Part shown: in pieces, positions 1 through 11,318 of the stretch | How the letters are laid out: every line of letters starts with the position of its first letter | How positions within the stretch are numbered: the stretch's first letter is position 1 | NCBI GenBank assembly: GCA_016748015.1 | Contig: JAAOMT010000048.1 | Location: forward strand, 1-40,361 | Direction of reading: 5' to 3' | Origin: Geosiphon pyriformis uo1 | Taxonomy: Eukaryota > Fungi > Glomeromycota | Length of the DNA: 40,361 nt | Translations under genes and position numbers: made by a program | Notes under the pieces: generated by a model | What the model saw: only the letters and a program-made list of their open reading frames with translations | The model's database searches: none | Told to the model about the DNA's origin: nothing

Positions 1-898
1 AAACAATAATGGAAACAATAATGTAAAACGTGGAAATAACGGAAACAATAACGGAAACGGTAACAAAGGAAGCAATAACGGAAACAATAATGGAAATAAT
101 AATGGAAAACGTGGAAATAACGGAAACAATAACGGAAACAATAACAAAGGAAATAATAACGGAAACAATAATGGAAACAATAATGTAAAACGTGGAAATA
201 ACGGAAACAATAACGGAAACGGTAACAAAGGAAGCAATAACGGAAACAATAATGGAAATAATAATGGAAAACGTGGAAATAACGGAAACAATAACGGAAA
301 CAATAACAAAGGAAATAATAACGGAAACAATAATGGAAACAATAATGTAAAACGTGGAAATAACGGAAACAATAATGGAAACAATAACAAAGGAAATAAT
401 AACGGAAACAATAATGGAAACAATAATGTTAAACGTGGAAATAACGGAAACAATAATGGAAACAATAACAAAGGAAATAATAACGGAAACAATAATGGAA
501 ACAATAATGTTAAACGTGGAAATAACGGAAACAATAACGGAAACAATAACAAAGGAAATAATAACGGAAACAATAATGGAAACAATAATGTAAAACGTGG
601 AAATAACGGAAACAATAATGGAAACGGTAACAATGGAAGCAATAACGGAAACAATAATGGAAACAATAATGTAAAACGTGGAAATAACGGAAACAATAAT
701 GGAAACGGTAACAATGGAAGCAATAACGGAAACAATAATGGAAACAATAATGGAAAACGTGGAAATAACGGAAACAATAACGGAAACGGTAACAATGGAA
801 GCAATAACGGAAACAATAATGGAAACAATAATGTAAAACGTGGAAATAACGGAAACAATAATGGAAACGGTAACAATGGAAGCAATAACGGAAACAAT
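1..898. repeat. 81-bp tandem repeat (about 11 units) built from GGAAACAATAAY-like 12-bp subunits
   Basis: ACGTGG recurs at 28, 109, 190, 271, 352..., an exact 81-bp period. The array runs into the N gap. Confidence 0.97.
2..898 (+). CDS. Partial CDS: Asn/Gly-rich tandem-repeat protein with Lys-Arg every 27 aa (putative Kex2-processed repeat-peptide precursor)
   Basis: Frame +2 is stop-free from base 2 to the gap. It reads NNNGNNNV-KR-GNNGNNNGNGNKGSNNGNNNGNNNG-KR-GNNGNNNGNNNKGNNNGNNNGNNNV-KR... KR codons (AAA CGT) start at 26, 107, 188, 269, 350, 431, 512, 593, 674, 755 and 836. Many unit-to-unit differences are synonymous in this frame (AAT/AAC, GTA/GTT). The start and stop codons are not in the window. 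Confidence 0.7.
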
Positions 899-1795
899 NN
901 NNNNNNNNNNNNNNNNNNNNNNNNNNNNNNNNNNNNNNNNNNNNNNNNNNNNNNNNNNNNNNNNNNNNNNNNNNNNNNNNNNNNNNNNNNNNNNNNNNNN
1001 NNNNNNNNNNNNNNNNNNNNNNNNNNNNNNNNNNNNNNNNNNNNNNNNNNNNNNNNNNNNNNNNNNNNNNNNNNNNNNNNNNNNNNNNNNNNNNNNNNNN
1101 NNNNNNNNNNNNNNNNNNNNNNNNNNNNNNNNNNNNNNNNNNNNNNNNNNNNNNNNNNNNNNNNNNNNNNNNNNNNNNNNNNNNNNNNNNNNNNNNNNNN
1201 NNNNNNNNNNNNNNNNNNNNNNNNNNNNNNNNNNNNNNNNNNNNNNNNNNNNNNNNNNNNNNNNNNNNNNNNNNNNNNNNNNNNNNNNNNNNNNNNNNNN
1301 NNNNNNNNNNNNNNNNNNNNNNNNNNNNNNNNNNNNNNNNNNNNNNNNNNNNNNNNNNNNNNNNNNNNNNNNNNNNNNNNNNNNNNNNNNNNNNNNNNNN
1401 NNNNNNNNNNNNNNNNNNNNNNNNNNNNNNNNNNNNNNNNNNNNNNNNNNNNNNNNNNNNNNNNNNNNNNNNNNNNNNNNNNNNNNNNNNNNNNNNNNNN
1501 NNNNNNNNNNNNNNNNNNNNNNNNNNNNNNNNNNNNNNNNNNNNNNNNNNNNNNNNNNNNNNNNNNNNNNNNNNNNNNNNNNNNNNNNNNNNNNNNNNNN
1601 NNNNNNNNNNNNNNNNNNNNNNNNNNNNNNNNNNNNNNNNNNNNNNNNNNNNNNNNNNNNNNNNNNNNNNNNNNNNNNNNNNNNNNNNNNNNNNNNNNNN
1701 NNNNNNNNNNNNNNNNNNNNNNNNNNNNNNNNNNNNNNNNNNNNNNNNNNNNNNNNNNNNNNNNNNNNNNNNNNNNNNNNNNNNNNNNNNNNNNN
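899..1795. other. Assembly gap (N run)
   Basis: Continuous Ns. The gap is probably caused by the tandem array or the adjacent AT-rich repeat. Confidence 0.99.
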
Positions 1796-4700
1796 TTTTT
1801 TTTTTAAATGTCAATAATGTTTCAATAAATAATTGTATATTTAATATTTTTTGCTTAAGTGAGTGTAGCTCTACTATTATCTACTAATATAGTTATGTAA
1901 ATATTAAAAGTAAATGTTACTTGCACATTTTTCTATGCATAATTACCATCTGAACAGTTAAAATTACATTATATTACATTAAGCATTTTTATGCTAATTC
2001 TGATACCAAAAAGTATTTTTGGTATTTGTAAAAAATATTTATTATTTTTATAACAAAGCAATTTAATTATTCATTTTAATTTTTTAAAATAAAATCTTTA
2101 AAAATGGTTTAAGATTATAAATTCAAAATAATACCAAATTAATTGTTAATTACTTTTGAAATTTATTTTAAAAGTAATTAATATTTATTTATATTTGTAA
2201 TTAACAAATTTAAGATATAATTTAATAAAAATAAATTAAAAGATTTTTTATTTTAAGTTTTAATTAATAACAATATAATAATAAAAATATTTGTTGCTTT
2301 TTTTTGTTATTTTTTATCATGCTTTCATAAAATGTAATTAAACAACTATTTAAATACACTTATTTAAATACACTCAAAATGTTTATTTTTACATAAAATA
2401 TAATTTATGTGTTTTTTACATATAAATAACCATTTAAATTTACGTTAAAACCATATTAAGTTAGATATTAAACCTTGCTTAATTACTTAAATTTTTTAAC
2501 AAAAATATATTACTAATTTAAACTATTTTAGTTTTTTATTGCATTTTAATCCCAAATTTTTTTATAAGATTTTAATTAATAACAATCAAGTTAGGCAAAT
2601 ATTACAAAAAACTTTTATTTTTCAATTTTTATAAAAAGTCTTTTAGATATTAAAGTACTAAATTTTGTATTTTTTGTATTTAACTTATTTTTATTTTTAA
2701 ATATAATCTAAAACTAAACAAAATTAAAAAGAAATTATTATTTATGGCTTTGTAATTTAATTAGTTACTTGAACATATAACTTAGATTTAATAAATTGAA
2801 GCCAAATAATTAAAAGTTTTTTATAAATACAAGTTTTAACAATAATAATATTAAGCATTTTATAAATTATAAAAATTATTATTACATATATTTAACAATA
2901 ACTAAACTTAAATAACAAAATAATAAAATATATTTAATCATAATTTAATTATTTATTAATTTATTTATTAATTTATGTAAATAAAGTTTTATTATTAATA
3001 TTATTGCATTTATTAAGTATAATTCAATTACAACTTAATAATATATAATATATAATTTTATTATCTATAAAAGCAGTCTATAAACTTTTTATATATAATT
3101 AATTATTTAAACTAATTAAAACTATATTAATTAATTATACAAAACAATAATTAAAAGCAAAATTATCTAATTTTGATAAGTTTAAAAATATCATATTAGA
3201 TATAATATAAATAACTTTTTTTTAATCTTAAAACTTAATTAATTTATAATATAATTGTAAAATCTGATTGCTTTATTAAATTTTTATTAAATTATTGATT
3301 TTAATTATGTTTTTTTTTTGCCTTGGTTTTAAGTTTGGCTTAAAATTTTAAATTTTTTTTATAATAATTATTTAGTATATTTTTGAATAAAATTTGCAAC
3401 TTTTAAGTTAACAATATATAAAAATAAATAGTTAAACTATTTTATTTTTATATCAGATTTATTATATATTTTTTAATAAAATTTTATGTAATGTTTTTAT
3501 TATGTAAATTATAAATCTGCTGTTTTTATGTTTGTTTAATAATTAATTATATTATTATTAAAACGCCAAATTATGATTTTGTATTTTTAGTTTATTTTGT
3601 TTTTTAAATTTTAAGTTTAATAATCTATATAACTTATAAAAGTTTTGTTTGGTGTATAATACTGTATTAAAAAGTTTTTTTATATATTTTTTAATATTGT
3701 ATAATATTAGCATATTATAGTAATTAAACAAATAAATAAAAAAATTTAATAAATAATAAAAATCATTTTTTTAGCCAAATCTATTAAACTGTTAGCTTTT
3801 TTATTATCAAAATTGTCTAAATAACTCTTATATTACTTCAAAAAAAATCTATTGTTAATTTAATATTATTTTTCTTATTTAAAACATTTATATTAGTCTT
3901 GATTTTCTAAATTGGCAAATCTTAATTATATATTTATTATTAATAAATATATTGTACTTTTTATTTAATAATACATATTTAAATATAATTTTTATAGCTT
4001 TAATTTTAGCCACTATTTATAATATTATTTTACGTATTTTAAGATAGACATACTTGTTTAAAATATTAAAATAAGCTATAATTTTACTTAAAAAAAGATT
4101 CATATTAAGATATTTAACTTATTTATTTATGTAAATATTGATTTTTATTAATTGATTTATTTTTAAAATCTTTATTATCTTTTTAACTCGTGTCAAAATT
4201 TTTGAAAGCTGGCACAATTATAATACACTTAATATTCTTTATTATTAAATCAGTTATTATTTAAATATAAATTCTTTTGAATTTAATCTCTTTTTTTTTT
4301 AAATTTAGTTCATTTTATTACTTACTTTTTTTTATGTAATAATTTAATTAATAAACATAATTCTTTTTCTTTTAAATTAACTTTTAGTTTTAAAAAAAAT
4401 ATCAAAATTTAATATTTTAAATATTAAACTTTTTTTTTAAATCTATTTATTAAAATATTTGCCAAATACAAATTACACTTGACTAATATTTATACTATTT
4501 TTGCAAAAAATATATATAATTGAATTTATTTTTAATGTTATAAACTTGATTAACAGATTGTTTAAAAACCATTTTATAATTTTTAAAGCCAAAATTTTAT
4601 ACTTAAACAAAAATTTAATTAGATTAAAACTATTAACAAATTTAATAATAATAAAAATCTTACTTTTAACTTGTATCTGTTTGAATGTTTTTAACTTATA

Positions 4701-5300
4701 CATATAAGAATAATAAATAGCTTTACTAAGAAAATCTTTTATAAAAGAATTAAATTTTGTTAAAGCATAAAACAAATATATTAAAATATAATAATATGAA
4801 AAAATAAATAAATATCATATTAATTACATTATTAAAAAATAGTTTTTCAATAAATGTTAAATTTATTTAAAATATTTGTTTATATAAATATTTGTAATTC
4901 TAATTGTTTTTTTAAAACTATTTTTGTTTTCAAATTTAAATAAAATCTTAAAATAATTTCGAATTAATTATAAAAAAATTTGTAAAAGTGTTAAAAAAAT
5001 TGTTTTTATTTTGTTTGTTTAAAAAACAAAACGTATAATTTTTTGGGATAAATAGACATTAGATTATAGATTAAATAAACACTTTAATTTATTTGCTATT
5101 TATATAAACAAACAGTGAATTATTTTAATTACATAATTATACATGAATATTATAACAAAAAAATATTGCTTATATAAATTTTTTGTATAAAAATGTATAT
5201 TACAAATATTAATCAATAAGTATTATTATATGTTAACAAAAAATTAATTTTAAATTATAATAATCTGTAAAAATTACATCTTAAGTTAAACTAACAATCA
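1796..5300. mobile_element. Highly degenerate AT-rich transposon relic, probably LTR-retrotransposon derived (boundaries approximate)
   Basis: Extreme AT content, almost no CpG and no credible ORFs. The texture matches the block at 10.1-13.5 kb, where gag and RT remnants are readable. No domain could be identified confidently here. Confidence 0.5.
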
Positions 5301-5756
5301 TTTACTTCAAATAAAATGAAATAGCTTTATACTTTTTATCCACTTTGAAAGAAATAAATAGAAAAGAGAATTAACTGATAAGGTTGAAAATAGGAAAATT
5401 ACCAATCGATAGCAAATAGGCTAATACATAAAAAGAAAAAAATTAAATGTAAGAATAGCATAATCTAAATATCTATAGGGGTTTTAAAACCTTAATTTTG
5501 ATGGTCCCAATTTCGGATCATTGGTAAAATAACTGAAAATAGCAAATTCATGTGTTATGAAAACTTTAATCTTCTGACCAAAAATGGATGATTCCCATTT
5601 GAAAATTATAAATATTTCCTCTGGCTTACGAAACTTCAAAAATTCGAAATGTTAGTGTATGAATTAATGGATTTAAAAATTTTCGAAATGAGCTTTATAG
5701 TAATAAGTTTAATATTAAAATTCCTCACAAACGATCCAATCAAGCAAAAAAATTGC

Positions 5757-7237
5757 TTAGACCTTTCTAACTTCCTCTGTATTACTATTATAGATAACAA
5801 TATCCTGGAAAATCATGAAATTATTGAAAACTATTGCACATCCAATAACTATTAGGCAATTGAATATGAACAGCGCTGGAAAGTTTTTTTTGATTGATGT
5901 TTGAAACGAAGGATGACTTTCTTTGCAAGGGGATAGTCTAACGTAATCAATATCCTGAAATAAAATTTCACAATATAAAATTATCAGGTAGAGAATAATG
6001 AAGTATAAGTTTTGTATAACCTCAAATTTAAGAAACCTACCAATCCTGAGAATGTATTTGGAATATCAGCGGCTATACCAACCATTACAGTTTTTGCTGA
6101 AGGTTCAACAATTATGGTTGTTGGAACACAGTATTCGACCCATTTATAGTGCGCAAAGTGTGCTTCTAATTCTCCCATTTTGGGACAATATTGAATTGGA
6201 AGTGTTCTCTATATATTGATGATAAATTTTTTTTTGCTTTTTTCCATTATCATACTTGAATTGAAAACTCAGAAAAGCTTACCTGAAAATTACTAATATT
6301 TAAAATAAATTTAATTCCTTTTATGCATTGAACTTCCTTCGTTCGTAAACGCCAGACCACATGATAACTACCTGGAGAAACGTTCTCTAAGCTTGTCCAT
6401 ATCTAGCAAAAAATCTCAATATAGGCCCAATGTAGTGTAAAATCAGTCTGATAATCATTCATTAAAAAACATTTCTCACCGAATTGAAAGAGGACATAGA
6501 TGGTAGTTGAACAATTCGACCTAACAAACTTGAATGGATAAGATTATTAAATATTGTAATTTATCTGGAGAAATTCGAATCTGGTAATTGAAACCCACCC
6601 CGAGCTATCTTTTCTCACAAATTTCTCTCGCGCATATTCTTGAGTTAAACTATGATGGGAATTTGATCCAATGATCGTTCCAACTGAGATAAATGGAAAA
6701 AATCTTCGCTCTGCAAGGGTCAAACCAAAATTAAATTTTACAACATTTAAACTTATCTTTTATAATTTTCAAAATTGCAAAATTTACTATACCAAGTGTT
6801 AAGCTCACACTTTTCCATTTAGGCAGATCCAATTTTTTTACAACCTCGTGACCGTGTGAATCTTGACACTTTAGGTGACACGTACTAATTTTCATTTGGT
6901 AATTATCTAAAAACTTGGAAACTTGATCCATTAACTCGTCTTCATATTTCTCGCGACCTATTTCTCGCCAAAGGTAATCATCCTGACTATGTAATCTCAA
7001 GTTTCTATTAACCTAATTTTTATGTGACGTTTACGTTAATAAAACCAATGCTCAATATATCATAGAAAATATCGTGGTTATAAAGCAAAAACTTGCCTGT
7101 GCAAATTTCAAAATTTCTCTTGGCTCCAGATACCTTAAAATAATGCAAATAACTTCGTGCGGAATCCTTTCAAAAATATCTTTATCGCTTTTTAGCTTTA
7201 AAATACCTCCATTAAATCTTGATATATTTTGACCCAT
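5757..7237 (-). CDS. Multi-exon F-box protein with a PP2-like C-terminal domain and hydrophobic tail; possibly pseudogenised
   Basis: Exon 7237-7097 reads MGQNIS...IFERIPHEVICIILRYLEPREILKFAQ. A GC-AG intron (7096-7013) joins it to VNRNLRLHSQDDYLWRE, completing an F-box. Later exons read GRIVQLPSMSSFNS / IWTSLENVSPGSYHVVWRLRTK...FQ / RTLPIQYCPK...KWVEYCVP...FSGL / DIDYVRLSP...ALFIFNCLIVIGCAIVF...KV*, with the stop at 5757-5759. The middle segment has in-frame stops at 6645, 6615 and 6561 in the frame that joins downstream. Confidence 0.65.
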
Positions 7238-10200
7238 TTAAAATGACTCGTGCAAAACAAAAAAAATAACTTTGAAGAAGAGTTATAATTTTTGAAAATT
7301 TCATTCCCAATGGTGTACTTTAATAGAAAGATGTTAATCAATTTATTTAAAGAAAGCACTGTTTTATGTAGATAAGGAGATAATTGCTTCATTATTCTGT
7401 CATCAATTTCGGCTTGGGTACAACTGATAGAACGAAACACATTATGATCATCATAAGGTTTTTGCTCAATGGAGATTTTCCGAATGAGAGGGACGCTGAT
7501 TAAACTGATTCGCCTTATGCATCATTATTAAAAATTGGTTCTTTAAAGGCTTTCATTATTTCTGAGCTTCCAGTCCGACTTGAATGGGGCTGATATTGCA
7601 TGATTCTTAGAAAACTCTATTACATGTACTCCTTATGACATGAATATTATGATTTTGAATAAATTACTAGTTAATATCCTTCAAACATGAAACACTTTGA
7701 AATCCCTGAGCAACATTGGGAAACAAAGAAAAATAGAGATTTTTTCAAAGAATTTACTTGTTTCATTGCTCACACGCAGATAATTCTAATATAAATAGTG
7801 ACATATTAACCACGCCTTGAATTCTTCTCTTAAACGGAATCAAATGAAGTAAAATTTTAGTCACATTTTTACTTTAAGCCATAAATGGAATGAAAATATT
7901 AAAAAATCCAGATTAATCTCCAACTTTCATTAATATTTTTATGAATAGAAGTGAAATCCAAAAAATTTTCTATATATTAATTAATTTTGGGAAACTGTTT
8001 AAATTCAAGCCCTTATAAAGTTAGATAGTGTAGCTTATCTAATTAAATCGATTTAATTTATCATCTTAGCCTTAAAGAAGAAAATGACGAAATCAATTTA
8101 TGGAGGTTTATCAGTTTTTAAATTTTCTCAATTGCATTTTATTAGTTACTTTTTTGTGGACAAATATTTTAGATGGATTAGTGATTGAATTTATTGAGAA
8201 AATGTTAAAGAAAATTTTTAAATAAAAATTTGAAATTTGAAAAATTAAACAATAAATTTACCTTTGAAATAGATTTTTTATGAAAGTTTTTGACATAAAA
8301 CTTTTAAATTTTCAGTTGAATATTCCCAAAAAAATTTATAAATTTCTAATGTTAAAGTCTTTTTGCTCTGTTAATATTTTGGAAGCAGCAAAACCTTTAA
8401 TAATTATACAATACATGTGAGTTTTAAGAAAATCTCGATTGAAATACAGATTAAAAAAAAATAAACTTTACTTTATTATTGACACTTTACTTTCGGGGAA
8501 ATTATTTTGATTTGGAAATAATTATAATGATTTGAAAGTAATTATGTCGACGATTTTTATTAAACCCTCTAGCGGAACATTTTATCCCAAGTTCCCACTT
8601 TCATCTACCTATGGCTTTGAAAATATCACTCAAGAATATTGTCATCATTTAGTAGGCCTAAATTGAAAAAATTGGTTTTCTTGTCTATTCTCATTTAATC
8701 GATTCAAAAAAGGGAAACTTTGATTTATGTCAAAATTCACATTCTTTGATTTCTCAGTTTTGTACAAAAGAAATGCCATCTCATCATTTCTACTTTAATC
8801 TCATAATGGGTGGCAATCGTTTAATTCAGGTTTTTTTTGGAGTGACCTATTGGCGGTAGCTTCTTACCCTTACTTTTTTAGTAGGTTTATAAAATTTATT
8901 TTAAGCAGAAAATTGAGACAATCCGCATGAAAAATCAATTCATTCACTATAACAGAAATTTAACTTCTATCTTAATTTTTTTGCTATAATTTTGATTTTT
9001 AATTGTTTTTCGCTCCCACTTTGTCACATGGTAACCATAATTCTAGCATTGTTGTGCTTTAGAAATCCTCTTGAACTAATATAATAATTTTTACATCCAA
9101 TTGGGCCAATTTTTTTAAAAAATTGAGGATTAATAGGTGAATTTGCAGTGAAAAGACTTTGCTTTCCGATGATTGTATCAAATGAAAGCAGATGTAGTAA
9201 TTTCTTTTTCTATAGATTGATCAAAGCATTTCCTAATAAAATAATAAAGGATCACAACAAGAATCAGAATTGAGGGCTTATTTTTTGTTCACTCAAAACC
9301 AATGCATTGCAGAAATTAAATGCAAAGAACCAAATAAGATTGATGTTATTGTTTTTATAGCTCCCAAAACTTATCTGTCCCAAATTTCAATAATCACGCA
9401 ATCCGAGATTTGACTTTAAAATACGAAATTTTCATTGTAAAAGTTCCCCTTCCCAAATCATTTTTCATGCCGATAATACATGCAGAGTATCCCATTCAAT
9501 GAAAAAGATTAATGTGCTTTTTCCGGTTAGTTAGCCAACATTGTGAAATGATTCAAAATAGATTCCTCACAAAGCCTTCCCAAACCATCTTCTCTTTGCT
9601 TTTTTTTTTACAAAAAGGAAGACCAAGATTTTGTAATAACCTGCATTTGAAAAGACCAAAAACCCCCAGTTGAAAGGAATTTAACCAATTTAAGGGTTTT
9701 TTTTAGATTGAATTTTTCTTAAAGCGTAATTTTATTTATCAGGAATATCTTGGTTGAGATCAACACAGGATGCTTTGTTCCCATCATTATCTATGGATAA
9801 ACATTGGGTGTGCTAAATTTCAATTTCTTAATGCGAAGATACAATGTGTGACAAGGAGACTTAACCACATTTCACAAGGTATGCATACTGTTGCAGTTTT
9901 TTCGAACATTCCAGAAAAATTACACTTTCGTGTTATTTGATTACAATGATAATGTAACTGTTTATTTAATTTTATATCTAACATACACAAATCAGGTTAA
10001 CTTATGGTGTTTTAATAATAATGAACCATCTTAAATAATGTGACAAGCAATTCTACTTTTTATAGATATAAAAACCAATGGTAACAACCTATTTAAAAGG
10101 CAAAAATTTAAATTACTAGCAAAAAAATTTTGAACAACTATTAATAATATTAATGATTATCCAAAAAATTGGTTGTATTATTTTAAATCAAAATTTTTAA

Positions 10201-11318
10201 AATAAATTTTTTTAGAAAATAAAAGTTTGATTTATGATCTTTTTTTTAAAATCTTAATGTTAAAAACAAAATTAGAAAACTCATGAAAATTTACTTTCTA
10301 TTGTTACAGTGTTTGTAACATAACATAATGGTTTATATTTAATTAACAACTACAAAAGATGAGCACTTTTTAAAAAATTAAAGTAATTAAAAAGTACTAA
10401 TAAAAAAGTACAGAAAGTTCAATTCTATTTAAATTTACAAAAAAAGCAAATTTTTAGAAATGTACAATTAATAGATTATTATAATCAATAAAAATTATTT
10501 AAAGTTTAAAATATTATTTTATATTACAAAAACTTTTTAAAAAATTATTGTTTCATATCTAAAACATCAAAATATGCTTTTTTATAATTATATCTTTTTA
10601 TTTAAATATAAAATGTTTTTTGGATTTTTTTGCAAAGCTTAAATGTAATAGCCATCTTATAATAAATTATTTGAATAAATTCTATTTGAGCATATTGCAA
10701 TTATTTAATATGTAACCTAAAATTAAAACTTTATTAAAAAAAACATAAATATTATATTTTCGAATTCTTATATAGATATATTTATAATCAGTTATAATTT
10801 TAATAAAATAATAATTAATCAAAATATTAATTAGAAATATTTTTAATAATGTTATTAAAAGAATGTTTTTTGCTTGATTTTTTTAAGATATACACATATT
10901 TTTAATAATTAATTCGCATGAAATCTTATTTTTAAAATATTTTTAACTTAATTTGTTTTCATAAATTTTAATTTAATAATCTATGTTTCAAGTTTAAAAT
11001 TAAAACAATAATTAATTTTAAAAATATTAAGTATTTTAAAAAAAATTTCTAATAAGCATTTTTAAAATTGAAATTTATTTTGTGTTTATTAACTTCAATA
11101 AAATTGGTAATTATTATGAATCTTTAAAGTATTATAAACTTTTCCAAATTGTCTTATCTGTTTTTCTGTCATAATAGTTTTATATGCTTTTTATTTGTAA
11201 AGCAAATTAATTTTATTCAGGTTATTCAAGCTTTTTGTATTGTTTAGCAAAAAAATACTTATTTAAAAAAGTCTTTTATACAAATTATTTAAATTACTTT
11301 ACTTCAATCTATATGCTT

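Noticed and set aside
1-898. CRISPR array or telomeric repeat interpretation
   Set aside because: There are no unique spacers and no cas genes, the context is eukaryotic, and the 81-bp codon-structured unit is unlike a telomere repeat.
354-1817. ORF-track calls 354..593, 840..1817 (METITETI repeats) and 510..1814 (CFHY repeats)
   Set aside because: These are alternative frames of the repeat that are broken by stops elsewhere in the array and extended artificially through Ns. Frame +2 is the uninterrupted plus-strand frame.
1997-2009. TGGTATCAGA on the minus strand resembling a tRNA-iMet primer-binding site
   Set aside because: No adjacent LTR end (..CA) or paired LTR can be identified, so it may be chance in degenerate DNA.
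4473-4775. Short F/I/K/N-rich ORFs in AT blocks (also 4501..4707, 30510..30692 and 18377..18628)
   Set aside because: Compositional artefacts of AT-rich sequence with no domain signal.
8950-9900. Moderately GC, coding-like stretch on the minus strand
   Set aside because: Stops occur in all frames and no motif is recognisable. It may be an old gene relic but cannot be supported.
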